Below are positions 12,335 to 25,590 of a stretch of 64,000 bases of DNA, in pieces. The notes under the pieces were generated by a model. It saw only the letters and a list, made by a program, of their open reading frames with translations. It made no database searches and was not told where the DNA came from. Origin of the DNA: Chara braunii (Eukaryota > Plantae > Charophyceae). Numbering within the stretch: position 1 is the first letter of the stretch; each line of letters starts with the position of its first letter. A program made the translations under genes and the position numbers. The stretch spans positions 2,298,264 through 2,362,263 of the forward strand of contig BFEA01000013.1 in NCBI GenBank assembly GCA_003427395.1. The letters run 5' to 3'.

Positions 12335-14053
12335 TAGTGAAACCCCAGCAGTCAGGCCAGTACAGTTCCTGGCCTTTGTCCTGATTCTGAACCCTGGCTG
12401 GTATATCACTTCGGCCTACGTCGAGGTTGGGGTTCTCGTTTTGGGAGATTCATTGTTCGTTTCGTTCATTCATTCGGTCCGAGATTCCCGTGCTCAGCTG
12501 CTGCCTCCGTGTGTGTCCATCTCTCTCTCACTCTGTCTCATCTTCACCTCCGCATGTGCTCTTTTTGGGAGATTCATTGTTCATTTCGTTCATTCATTCG
12601 GTTGGAGATTCCCGTGCTCAGCTGCTGCCTCCATGTGTGTCCATCTCTCTCTTGTTCTGTCTCATCTTCACCTCCGCATGTGCACCTGGCACATGAGTTA
12701 CACTGATATGGGAGCAGAGTTTGACTCCCTCCCTCTCTCGCTATCCTGCCGTCACAGGTAGTCATCTCCTAAGCTCCTTCTAGCAGCTGCACCTGGTCTG
12801 TGAATGTGACCTGGTACTCTCATCATCCAAGCTGGCAACTTGCTCCAGTTTCAGACTCCCAGGGGGTGACATCGCAGCGACATCTCCTTCGACATCCAAG
12901 CGCTGACGCATCAGCAGGTTGAACATCGGCAACGCATCGTGCTGCCACATCGCTGCCCGACTGCTCGTCGCTCCCAACGATTGATGGTCTGGGGAGATGT
13001 CTGGATCGCAGTGAACCCGACTGTGCTGGGTGTCATACTGCATCCCCACACCGCGTCCCGATCCCGATTCCGCACTCCATACCCACTTCCCCTGTCTCCT
13101 TGATTCCTCCTTCCTTCATCTTACCTCGACAATTCCCACAGCGCCTTCTCCCTATTTCTTCCGTTTCCACTTTCTCTCCCAGTTCCGCCTGCCTCCCCTG
13201 ATTCTTCCTCCCTTGATCTCAGCCTCCACCTAATGAGATCCCGCTACCTTCCCTCCTTGCTCCCAATCTCCCACTTCCCCCTTTCGATTCACGTTTCCCA
13301 ACTGCACCCCGATTCTTCCCAACTTCGCTTCACCTGCGTCCTCCCACCACTCTTTTCCTCCCATCTCCACTACCATACGATGTTCCACCTGCTTTCCCGC
13401 TCTCCGCCAACTTCGACTCCCTCCACGGTTGTACCCCCTTTCTAGAGCCGTTCATCTCTGCTGCTCACGTGCGCAGGCACTCGCCTGCCTGATCGGACCA
13501 GATCTTGACCTCTTTTCCTTTCCCCCGGCTTCTGCCTTGCCACCGCTTCCACTCGACACTTCTTCACCCCGCTGCCTCCATTCGCTCTTCTTCCCACTCC
13601 CGCTTGATCCCCTTCGCTGCACTCCCGCTTGTGATTTCCCCCTCGCCCCGTCTTCCCGCTTGAATCCCGTCCCCGTTTTCCTTCACCCCCGTTGCTACCC
13701 CGTTCCCCTCCTCCCACCACCATCTCCAATCACCTTGCTTCCACCCGCCTCCTACTCCTTGATTGTTCGTTCCATTCATCCCAGTGTGCACGTGCGGATA
13801 TGAAGATGAGAGAGAGGAGTGAGAGAGATGGACACACACAGAGGCAGCCGCTGGACTTGGGAATGTCGGACCGTATGAATGAATGAAACGAACAATGAAT
13901 GCCCCCTAAAAAGAGAACCTGGCCTAGACCTAGGCCAAAATGATATATTGGCTTGGGCCCATGCACCGGGCAAACCAATGGTGCCGGACCAGGGTCAGGC
14001 CTACGGCCTGTAACTAGAACGGCCTGACTGCCGGGACTGCCGGGTTTTTGCTA
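12335..14053. mobile_element. Non-autonomous foldback or MULE-like element with long diverged terminal inverted repeats
   Basis: 12335-12560 is an imperfect inverted copy of 13787-14053. The left arm has a ~122-bp tandem duplication (12440-12682). Pyrimidine-rich core, no transposase ORF, no TSD found. Confidence 0.65.
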
Positions 14054-14699
14054 TGCTGCTGCATTTTTCAGGTGCCAGTCTTCAGTTAGGGTGGGCAGGC
14101 CCCCTTTCTGCCATTGCCGCGGTCCGGAGTCCTCGCGACTATTGTGTTGAATTTCAATGCAAACAAATTTTGGCTTACTTTCACTGCAGAATTCCTCATG
14201 GAATCAAAGACCATAAAGGGAAAAATAAACCAAACTAAGGGAAAAAGGAAATCAAACTAAGGCACCACTTTTTGAGCCTCTTTAAGCCCAATTCATACCA
14301 CCATTCCTCCCTTGGAATGGGAAAAATAGCCCAGACTTAGGCGGCTTTCGTTGGGTTCAGGAAAGCCCCACCGGCAAAAAAACAAAAAACAAAAAAATCC
14401 CAGAGTTTTAGATGCCTGGGGACCCTGCAAGGGCAGATGACTGCACGTGTTCACAACCTAGCATGCGCTGGGTGAAGCATAATTGCCATTCATGTGTGAG
14501 ACCTGAGAAATTCGCTCCTGTGCATTGAGAACCTGCATGGGTTGAGGTTGTCCCTGCTTAACCGAATTGCTGTCTTCGTTGTCTTTCCAGGTGACTGCCT
14601 TCGCTGTTCCGAATTGTCTTGTTGTTTCTGAAATTTTGCACCCAATCGGTGTTGAATTGGTGATGATGTACTTGTTCTTGTGGTGCAGTTAGCCATATA

Positions 14700-17600
14700 T
14701 CAGGCAGCGAGAGCTCACCCGTGCAGGATGTGAGGGCAGGGCCCTTGCCCCCAGCGCTGCGTCTCTCAGAAGGGTCTGCCGTTGCCGGACACAGAGATCA
14801 GGGGGAGAGCAAAGGACTGGCCATAGGATCGCAGGACTAGAGCCAGGACGCAGCCCCATGTGAGGACGTTCCCAAGCAATTGGTACTTGCCTCTGGGCAT
14901 GGCGGCATGCAGCCCCTCCCACACAGCAATCCGAGAGACAGAAGCATCACCTACCGCTCAGTCCCTCTGAACTCTCGCCATCTGAGCAGCTCCCACAGGC
15001 GGCGGAGCCTCAGGGGGTGAACGGGGAACTGGTCCTAGAGTGGCAGGGGAAGAGCCAGGACCGGGCCTCGGGCCACGTTCAGCCCCTGCCAACACAGCAA
15101 CCCGAGACACAAGAGCTCCACTCATTGCAGGGTCGTCCCGCCCCCCTGCCATCTGAACAGCTTTCAGCCTGTGGCAGATTTGACTGAGGACCTGCCTCTT
15201 AAAGTCATAGCCAAAGGCACGTAGCCAGTTAGAGGACAATGGGGCCAGCACAAAACAATGCAACAGATCCTGTGTTTTGAATATCTGCACCAGATTGCAA
15301 AGGGTCTGAAAAGCATGCTACAGGCGGGAGTCCGTCTTCTTATTAGACCGCAGCACCTTCAGGACTCACAATCGCTGATCCAAGGATTCCTGAATTTGCA
15401 GCACCACCCACCGCTCAAAAAGGAGGGCCCCAATGCCTACCTGCACCTTCCCCTCAGAATAGCAGTCCGCTTAAAAAAGGCAGTGAACTGGACGATGACA
15501 CAATGACGTGCCGGGGGAAGGAATAGACAGACTCAACAACGATAGTCTGAGGGCTGTGCCCTGTTTACAGGAATGATACTACAGGCAGCACAGTGGGGGC
15601 GGGGGAGTCTTCACTTCGGGCCATCCTTGAGGCCCCACCGCAGCCCAATTCAAGCTCAACATCACATACCTCTACATATGCCAGTAGGCAGGAGCTGGAC
15701 CTCCAAAGACGGCATCTTGAATTGACAGGTTAGTACGGCACGCCTTAGTATCGACAGATGGTGCAGGAGCAGAATTAGGCCGGAAAAGAGCTGGGAGACA
15801 CCATTCACTTGCAACATTGCACAGCAGGAAATCCAAGTTCAATGGGAAACCGTGGGCCAGCTCTAGTTCCGGGACCACCAATAACTTCAACAAGAGCGAG
15901 TCACGATGTGGAACAACACACAGCTGAACTCATAGCACAGGAATACCAGCACCTGCAATTACAACAAGTCAGCTACTGGGGGATGCAACAGCAGGAGCTG
16001 TAGGAGCTGTATAGGCAATCACAAAGACTGCCTTTTGAATAAACACTGCAAATTCAAAACGATCAGGAGCAGTCGCTCAATCCCCCCACCTAACGCAGCT
16101 GGGGCCAGGGGCACCGCTGCAGTCAGACCCGCCAACAGTAGGCAACAGACCCGGTGCTGGACCAGGACATGACCCAGGCGCCGCAAGAAGAGGTACTGGG
16201 TCCTGTCCATTCCGGAGTTTGTAGGCAACTGCCGGACTCAGTCCCATCTGGCATTGAGTATCCACCCAGCATGGGACCCCCACATGGATTTGGTTGGGTG
16301 CGCTTGGGGATGCAGAAGAAAACTAATCTGATAACTGACTCGCACCAACCACCACATCCTCACGATGGTGCAGGTGGCCACCCGGCTATGGATTACGAGA
16401 TGTCCATGTCTTCCCAGTATGAGGGCCTGGAAGGAAATGACCCCAATGCCGAGCTTGGCTACTCGTCGAATTCGAACAAGCATACGACCACGTCAATTGG
16501 GACTATCTAGACTGCTGTCTCCACAAAATGAATTTTGGGGTGGCTTTTCGGTCTTGGATGTCCATAATGTCAAGTCGACAACACAAATGTCATGGTTAAC
16601 GACATCTATCACAACCGTTCGATCTATAGAGATCGGTCGGATGGGTGGATCCGTTCACCCCTCTCCTTTTCGTGCTGGGGATGGAAGACCTGGCATCCAT
16701 GACGGGGGCTAACCCCGAAATACAGCGCGTAGACATTCTGAAACTGGTGACATGAAGGTTAATTGGGGGACTAATACATAAGGATGGTGGTTGAGTCGTG
16801 AGGGGCTCAACCCTTAGAAACACCCCCTGTGAACTGTCGCACCCAAGAGGAGGGGATCAAAATCCTAGGGATCAGGCTCACAGTTTTTTGTCCCCCCAAC
16901 ATGGCCAAGAACTAGTAGGTCAGGCACTCGAAATCAAGAATGCAGTGCTTGCCACAATATGGTATAGGCCAGCATTCTGGGAAATCTCCAGGATGCAGTT
17001 GGTGGAGCTCAGAACCACAGTATCCACCTACCTGTGGGAGAATGACCGTGAGCAGGTCAAGTGCATTAAAAGGGTGGCCTCGACATCCCCCACGCAGCCT
17101 AAAAAGGTTGGAGGGTTGGGCATCCTGGACCCTGGAGATAAGATTAAAGCGCTAATCTTCAAGGTGATCATTCGCTTGCTGCTGGCAATAGACATTCCGT
17201 GGCTGCCACTGGTATATATACAATTGGCCCCCCTTCCCCTCCAGAATGCGTGGTCCACCCCTTGCGCTGGCTGACTAACTCGGCCTAGACAATACCAGGT
17301 CCATCAAGACATAGGAGAGATGAGTCTGAGGCCAACAAAGTCAGGTGGGACCTCAAAAGAGACCCCCTTTGGGCAAACATGCTTACCTCTGGAGGGATAT
17401 GGGGGCCACCAAAAAGCCGCCCGACTCCTAGATGGCAAGCCGTCTGGCGGCAACCACTGTTCGGAAACCCAGACATATGAGATGACATTGAACAACCTTT
17501 CTCAGTGACAGCTGCCTGCCACTGATTGACATGGGAGAGTAAGGGCCTCTTCGTGGTCAAGGACTTGTGGGACATCCAATGGGGCACTTGGAAAATGATC

Positions 17601-18100
17601 CGTCAGCTGCAACCATGACTCTCTCATATAAGGAACTGTCAGGAGAAAATGGATCAGATCCAAGCGGCGATCCCCCTACAGTGGATTTCTGCCCTCAAAA
17701 GAGGGCCCACTATGCAGGAAAATGATTGGGTCACAAGGGTCGACAGCCTGCCTCTTCTTATTGTTGTGTACAGGATCACAAGCACAACAGAAAATGGCCT
17801 GCGGTTGCAGGCAAATGAGCCGGCGGTGCTAGGAGCGAGATGGACCTGTCAGGACTTGGATTCCACGTGCCCCGAGGATAGTCGCATCAGGATTAGAGTA
17901 GTGGGAGAGGATGACCCGGCTGTCCACTCCGATTTGTACGCTGCCTTTCGATCCACAAGCGTGGGAGTGGCCTGGGCAGAAGCCCATCCCCATTTGGAAA
18001 AGAAGGATACTGCCGTGCAAACCGCCCACACTCGTCCAGTCCTATATGCAGTCAGAAAAGTGTCAGTCCATGAATGTTGACTTCTGCCTGCATCAGATGT
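14700..18100 (+). pseudogene. Degenerate L1/Tx1-type LINE remnant (ORF2 post-RT region; upstream part possibly ORF1 or UTR)
   Basis: ORF 16798-17274 has IKNAVLATIWY...YLW...RVA...PKKVGGLGILD...KALIFK, the L1 ORF2 thumb-region signature. It continues as IQAAIPLQW at 17649. The extent upstream of 16800 is weakly supported. Confidence 0.65.
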
Positions 18101-18209
18101 AAAGTCCTTAGTCGAATGGCATATTCCAATTTTGATTAGAGCAACGAAAGCAGACTGCATTTGTGGTTTCTGAAATCCGCTCCGGTTCTATTTTTATTTT
18201 TTGTCCTTC

Positions 18210-19213
18210 TGCAACTAAAATGAGCAATAGCGAGATGGCAATATCCAGAATGCACAATCACATTGAAAGCCAGAAAGTATCACAGTGTCCAGAAAGCAGC
18301 ATTGCACCAATATGACACCAATGGAGAATCGTAACACTGAAAACCAATGTCAATGAGAGCTTGCTCTCGCCACCACCAACATGAGAGTCCAGGACCTTCT
18401 CCCTACTTGGCGCTCGGCGCCCAGCCTACTTCGTACACAGCTACTTTGTGCCTACTAATTGACAATGCAACTGTTGATGTCAGCAGCCGACGAAGTACTT
18501 GAAGATGTCGCCTAGATGCAGACCATCGCGAATACCAGGTATGTGCCCTCACATGATCATCATCATCATCATCATCCTTCTCCCTTTCCCTCGTCTTGCA
18601 CCCACGTCTTCCCTCTGTACACCCGAAGACCACCTCTGCGCCTCACTGTAGTCCAAGCCCCAGCCAGCTACGGAGGCTGGGCTATGGTGCTGCCCTCAGC
18701 AGTGCCCTGCTTGTTGCACGACCGCACACGCGCCACTTTGCCCTTAGCTCACAGCAGCACGCGAGCCAATGCTCCGGCAGCGCTGGGGCACAAACTGGCA
18801 AGTGCCTGAATGAGCCCCCAGGCAGCAAGCTCTTTCCTATATGGAAAGAGTCTGCCTGCCCCGGCGGCCTGGCTGGGCTGGGCCTCTGCCCAGAAGCTTC
18901 CGGTAGGCCCCAGGAGGCTGTGCCTCTGTTGCAGCTGCTGGGCCTTGTTCGGTTGGGCCTCCCAACTGTTTGTGTATGAAGCTGCGATTCTGGCCCGGGG
19001 CCTGCATTTCAGGAAAGGCCTGGAAGGCCGTGGAATATTTTTGCTGCTCGGCCTGTGTTTCCCTTAAGCAACTGGCGCATCACAACTGCCTGGACCCCAA
19101 ATACGAAATTGACAGCAATGGGCGTCTTGAGATTTGTTAGGCCTGCCTTCACTTTGGGCGGGCACATCTGTAACAGGGGCCCCATAGGCCTGCCGAGGAC
19201 CCAGATCCTCGTA
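18210..19213 (-). repeat. 3' LTR of element 2
   Basis: Starts TGCAAC..ATGAGCAATAGCGA like the reverse complement of the element 1 LTR end; abuts the PPT; (CAT)n at ~18555-18575. Confidence 0.85.
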
Positions 19214-22200
19214 TTCCCTCCTCGTAGAAGTCTTCTAATCTGCAGGCATCTTTCTCTCGAGTTCTCTTTCATAGCCCGCAATCACTTGAGGTGCTGTTCG
19301 CTGGAGTTCTTCTCTAGTGAACCACCGATCTTTGCTGGGATCAAGATGGTGTCTGAATCTGACATGATGTGGCATTCTTGGCTTGGGAGGATGGCCTCTG
19401 CCCGGCGGTTTAGGCACTGGCATCATTCAATGGTCCACGATTCCGTCGATGTCGACTTCACCATCCATGGTTGGGGCCAGCATTGACCGTTTGGAGGGAA
19501 ACTGTGCAGTCTCTGTGAAAGGTGCCAGCTTTGAGGCATGAAAAACTGGGTATGTGCGTAAGTGAGGTGGGATGCGAATCACATAGGAAGGTCCGTCTAT
19601 CTGATCCCCAACTATGTCTAGGACCTCCCAAGGACCGAAATACTGTGGCATCAATTTGCGAGATATGCCCAGTTCTTGACCCAGTTCAGATGCTTTGACC
19701 CATACTCTATCACGTACCTGAAAGTTAGAGGGCCGTCTATGCTTATTCTCAAATGCGACCATCGCATCTTGAGATTTTCTAATACGCTCGACGGCCTGCT
19801 GCAGCATCTGCGCATGCTTGACAGCAAACTCTATTCTGCGAGGTGCTGCAGTGGGCTGTTATTCAGGTAGCAAGAAATCAAGTGCTGTTCTGGGCTCCCA
19901 ACCAAGATGCAATTGGTTGGGAGTCGTACCGGTAGTACTATGCACAGCGTTGTTGTACAGGCTGGCGATGAGAGGTAACTTCCCGTCCCAGTCATCCTGA
20001 CTTGGCTTAATATAATGCCGAAGCAGGTGCTGTACGACTCAGTTCATCTGTTCTGCCTGGCCATTTGACTCAGGGTGGTTCCCTGATGTCATTTGCAGCT
20101 TGGTGCCTATCTGCTCAGCTGTTGACTGCCACAGTTTGTTGGTAAATCTTATATCCCTACCACGTACTATAAACGTAGGGAGTCCAAAATCGCGTACCCA
20201 GTTATCCAGAAATAGTTTGATGACGTTGTCAGTTTTAGCAGTTTCCGACATAGCGATAAGTCTTGCATACTTGGAAAAGCGGTCCACTATAACAAAGATG
20301 TCTCTTGCCAGCCCTGCTTGTCACAAGAGCATCCATGAAGTCCATGGACACACTCTAACCAGGACCTTTAGGAATCGGCAAGGGCTTGAGAAGCCCAAGC
20401 GGAGCCTGAGTCCTAGGTTTGTCTTGTTGGCAAGCCTGGCAAGTTTCAACGTATCTCTTGGCATCTTGCATCATAGAAGGCCACCAGAATCTCTGCACTA
20501 AGTTGGCTGAATTCTTCTTATAACCGAAATGGCCAGTTGCATCATGTCTTTCTCCTAAAAACAAACTACGAAGAGACTCTCTGTCTGGGGGACATATTTT
20601 TTTACTCCCCGCCTTCTCGAGAAACAGCAAGCCATCAACCATCTTAAATTCGGCGGAAGTTACTTTGTCTTTCGCTTGAAATCTATGAATGATCTCATAC
20701 ATAACTGAATATTGTTGATAAGCTTCCACCAAGGACCGAGTTACTTCGTTTGATATACCAAACTCAGTCACTAGCGCGCCCAGATAATCTGCCCTTCGCG
20801 ATAGTGCATCAGTCACTTTGTTGTACTCCCTCTTGATTGGATCAAGTTGATAGTCATACATGTCTATCACTTGAATCCAGCGTTTGAGTGCGTCAAAGAG
20901 TACAGGCTATGTCTTGATCCAGCACAAAGTCTCATGGTCAGATCTCAAGTAGAAGAATCTGCCTAGGAGATAGTGTCTCCAATGGACCAGCGCTTTGTAG
21001 AGGGCATAGAGCCCACACTCATACCCGGACTTTGCTAACTTCTGAGATGGCATCTTCTTACTCATGTACTCGATGGGCCTCAACTTTTTCCCCTCCTTTT
21101 GTGCAAGGACCGCGCCTATGCCATATTGGTTGGCATCTGTGGTCACGATAAAGGGTTGCTCAGGATCTGGAAGGTTGAGTACTTCATAGTTTGTCAGAGC
21201 ATACTTCAATTTCTTGAAGCTTGCTTCCCAAGGGGTGTTAAGGCGAGTAAGATCCGTTAGTGGGGAAGCTATAGTACTACAGTTTTTAACGAACGAACGA
21301 TAGTAGCCCGTCGTCCGCAAAAACGATCGGACCTCCGTAACAATTTGAGGTATGGCCAAGTCTCGTATGTTGGCCACTTTGGCATCGTCTGGCCTTAACG
21401 CATCCGTTGAAATTTCATGACCCAAGTATGAGATCTTGGTGCGACCGAACTTGCATTTCTCCAAGTTTACCTTGTACAGGTGTTGTCTTAAGAGACCTAA
21501 CATTGTTCTCAAGTGCTCAGCGTGCTCCTCTACAGTCTTACTACATCTAAGAATATCGTCGAGGTACATGACGATAAACTTGTCTAAGTAATCATGAAAA
21601 ATCCTATTCGTTGTGTGCTGGAATGCTCCAGAGGCATTGCATAGGCCAACGAGCATCACCACAAACTCGTACAGACCGTACCTGGTGTGGAAAGCGATTT
21701 TCTGTTGATGCTCAGGTCTAATAGCAATTTGATGGTATCCGAACTTTAGATCTATCTTAGTAAAGTACCGGCATCGCTACACTCGATCCAGTGGGTCGTC
21801 AATGTGGGGCAGGGGCTCTGCGTCCTTTACGGTGATGGCATTGAGGCCCGTATAGTCAATGCACATCCTTAAGGTACCTCCCTTCTTAGGAACAAATAGG
21901 ACTGGAGCACTGTAAGGGGAGGTACTTGGTCGAATCCATCCCTTCTCTGTGAGCTCTTTGAGCTGGCGGCAAAGCTCATCCAACTCTGAAGGAGATATCC
22001 TATAGATCCGTCCTCTAGGTACTTCGCTACCAGGGACGACTTCTACTGCGTGGACAACCTCCCTTTCCACCACATCAGTGGGATCCTATAAAATGTCTAA
22101 ATACTGTGCGACGACTGCTTCTATCTCTGGGGGTGATTTTACGACCTTCCCTTTCTCAGATACAAAGACTAAGTACATGCCTTCCTCGCGATTCTGTTTA

Positions 22201-22938
22201 TAGTAGTTATTGAAAGAGGAGGCACACATGCACCCGTAGTTTTCCACTAGACTGCTAGCTTTAAACTCCTGCAGTCTAACGGCTTCACCGTTGGGCACCT
22301 TGTGGATCATCACCTTCCTATCCTAATCGAATTGAGGTTGAGCAACCTCGAGGTAGTACATACCTAGCAGCATGTCGAATGACAGTTCGTTGCTGACAAG
22401 GAACGAGATTTTATGTCTCAGTTCCCCTCCTCCATAGGAGAAGGTGCAGACTATGTCCTGGAGATAGTCTTGTACAACCATGCGGTGCTTGTTGGCTACC
22501 GTTGATGCTACGGATCTACTGAGCCGCTGCACTTGGTCTCCTAAGCGCAGCCTATCCACACAAGCCCGACTGATGAAAGTTCCGTGTAGAGCCTATGTCT
22601 GGGAAGGCAAACCACTTTGCGGTCACCTACATCAACCTCTACCACGAAATGTTCACTTCTAGGACCTTTGCTTATCATCGCTCAAGAGTCTCTTGGGTAC
22701 TTCCCTGACCACTCAGTCTGTAACTCTTCTAGGGACTCAGTCACATCTCTCGAACAAAGCGTTGGTGGTTCTGAATGTGTCTGCGGGGCGATGGATGGAT
22801 CACTAGCCTTGGCCAACGCTTGAAGTGGGGAAGGCAACGTTACCACTTCAACACGAGTAAGAGCGGCTAACATTCCTACAGCCCGAGGTGTTTCCTTGCG
22901 AAGTGCTCGCAGAGGCACCGCCATGATTTAAAGATAAG

Positions 22939-24346
22939 TGTTACGATCCTGGACAATTTCGAAGTGTACAAACATCAGAAAGTACAATGTCGTCCAATTG
23001 CAAAAATAACCGACTTCCTCGCCAACCAATCTCCTCCTCTTTATCTCCGCCCCTCTTATTCAAACAAGAAGTAACAATAATAATGTTGAATGGTTGAACC
23101 AGAATCAATATCCGAATCCCACTTCTACTGCAGGCACAACATGAGGTCTACCATAGCCATGGCCACCCTTCCTCTTCCTCTGCATACAAGCCGAGGCTAT
23201 GGCGGACTATTGAGGCTTCAGCCTCCTGTCCAAAGGACAACCCAAAGCGAATCAATATTCGAATCCCACTTCTACTGTAGGCACAACATGAGGTCTACCA
23301 TAGCCATTGCCACCCTTCCTCTTCCTCTGCATACAAGCCGAGGCTATGGCGGACTATTGAGGCTTCAGCCTCCTGTCCAAAGGACAACCCAAAGCAGCTA
23401 TGTCTCTGCCTCACTTCAAGCAGCTATGCCGCTGCTCACTGGACCGCCATGCCTGACTCTACCCCGAGCTTCCTTGGTGCGGCACTACCCCAACAGGGGT
23501 CTTTCAGATGCAGCGCCTCACAAGGTGATGAAGATGGTGTTCACCATAGCCAAGTAGGTACCTAGCCACTCTCCCCCTTGGTCCCCTTCTTCCTCCTCCT
23601 ACCGGTAGAGCTCCACCATAGCCAAGGTGGAAGCTCCCGGCTTCTTCCTCCCAGCAGCGCTGTAGCAGCCAGCGCTCTTCCATCCAGCGCTCCAACAGCG
23701 TGACGCCCAACTCGCACACTGAAGAATGAGGTTGAGCTCTTGCCTCGGCCTCTTGATATAGCGGCCTGCTTGCCTCTTGGGCGGTGACTTCCAGGCCGCT
23801 CAGCCTCCCAAGCGACTGGTACCTCCTCCCTTTCGGAGGGAAACATCATTGCAGACTCTAATATTGCCCGTACAGGCTCTAGACTCAGATTGGATGGACT
23901 GGTACTGGCCTAGACCTAGCCTACTGCTACTGGGCCTCTAAAAATGCCAACTTTGTCTTCTTCTGCTCGGCCTCGAGTACCCTTGCACATCTACTGCTAC
24001 TGGGTGTGGTACCGGCCTACCTGCTACTTGAGTGTTTTTCCGCTGCTCCAGGTGTTGCGGGCCCCTGCCTCCGCTACTTGAGTGTTTTCCCTTTCTGCAA
24101 CCCTCAATGCCACGGCCACAGGTAAGTACTGACCCTACGGGCCTGCCAAACAAGCAAGTACCTTTACGGGTCACACACACACTCATGCCGACAAGCACTC
24201 AGACAAGCATGCAAGTCAACAGGCACGCACACATATAGGCTTAGGAAACACGGTAGAATGTGGGAATCTTGGTAAGGCATCCATTCCATCGGCAGAACTT
24301 CAGAAATCAGCAGTGTTATCAGTCTGTGTTATGGCGGGTCATTACA
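22939..24346. mobile_element. Solo LTR (1408 bp) inserted in the gag of element 2
   Basis: Termini TGTTACGATCC...GGGTCATTACA; TSD TAAG (22935-22938 / 24347-24350); removing it rejoins element 2 gag; internal 147-bp tandem duplication at ~23102-23395. Confidence 0.9.
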
Positions 24347-24759
24347 TAAGCCCACCACCATTGGAGAGGCTACTCTCGTGGTGACCTTCTTGCCTCGGCA
24401 AGTCCTAGACGCGTTGCCACAGTTCAAGCAAGTACCCCTAGCAACTCGGTCCCTCCACACCTCGTAGTCTAAACCAAGTTTTATGCATGCGGGCGCTCCT
24501 GGGTCGCCCTGACCCTTGGACTGGCCTACCTTCTGCTTCCCGGTCCCTCGAGTCTTTTCTTTGATAGGTGCCACGACTCCCCCATCCGAAGTCTCGCTGG
24601 CCCCATCCGACTCTGTGTCTTCCCCGTAGTTTGGGAAGTCGTCAATCTTCGTCGCATGACCATCATGGTCGACGAACACGAGTTGGCCTTTCTTCTTCCT
24701 GTCCTGGGGAAGTCTCTTCTTCCTACCATCTAACTGACCTTGATGGACGAACAAGTTGG

Positions 24760-25590
24760 CCTTTCTTCTTCCTGGCTAGTAAGGCACAGAAACAGCTGGC
24801 CGACTGGGTTGTTACAGTAGGATTGGACCACATATTTACGAGTTTGGAGGAGAAGTTTGCCAATCGAGAGAGAGCCAAAATCTGCTGCAGAGCGTGTGAG
24901 GATAGGCCAGTCATAGTGGCAGGGATCCTTCTCCAAGCTCTACACAGTTTGGGAAAGGCTAACCTCTACACCAGGGTTATCCATGTCAGACCAGGACAAG
25001 TTGCAATTGTTTGTCCAGGCTACCCCGATGACTTATATACAAGCCCTATTTTCTGCAGGTTACAAGGACTGGAAGGCCTTTGGCAGGGCAGCCTTGGATC
25101 TGGAGGCCAAACTCCAAATCCAGTCAACTTCCCAGGCGGGAAGCACCTCCTCGTCTTAGAGTCAGAGGAAGAGCAAAGGGAGGTGGCACACGATGGAGTC
25201 TGTGGAAGACTCTGCAGGCTTGACCAGAGAGGATTGACTCCCTCAGCTAGTCAAGGTGCAGGAGGCTTCCCAAACCAGGCTATTATGACTTCGGCTCAGG
25301 AACTGGTAAGCGCGATGAAGGGCGCAAATCAGCTCCAAAGACAAAGGTCCCCTTCTCGTATGGGGTTTGGCAAATGCCTCTGTGGACCTCAAAAGCAAAA
25401 TCTGCCCAAATTTGCCAAATGTCCAGCTAACCCCATGGATCCTTCCCCTCTCCCATGGAGGGGACTTGCGTATCCTAGACGGGCTATGGCAAAAGAGGAA
25501 GGATGCCGGTGTCTTCCTCAAATGTGTTGGGCAATACTTTGTCAAGTATTGCCATTTATGGGGCAACCACTACGATGTAACTTAACCAGT
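24760..25590 (+). pseudogene. gag: gag remnant of a chromovirus related to element 4
   Basis: Alternate frames give ...ALFSAGYKDWKAFGRAALDLEAKL and KDAGVFLKCVGQYFVKYC. These match element 4 gag (ALYSSGFRDWRSIGRAAFDVEAKL; KDKGVCLRCEGDHFLKNC). Confidence 0.75.

Larger units (their letters stand above)
18210..24740 (-). mobile_element. 5'-truncated chromovirus (element 2), a relative of element 1, interrupted by a solo LTR
   Basis: 3' LTR 18210-19213; PPT 19214-19223; chromodomain 19235-19450; INT, RH and RT (YLDD) ORFs 19427-22073; PR ~22590; gag C-terminus 24347-24740. No 5' LTR in the window. Confidence 0.92.

Noticed and set aside
23090-23557. Repeat-containing 155-aa ORF
   Set aside because: Product of a 147-bp tandem duplication inside a solo LTR.
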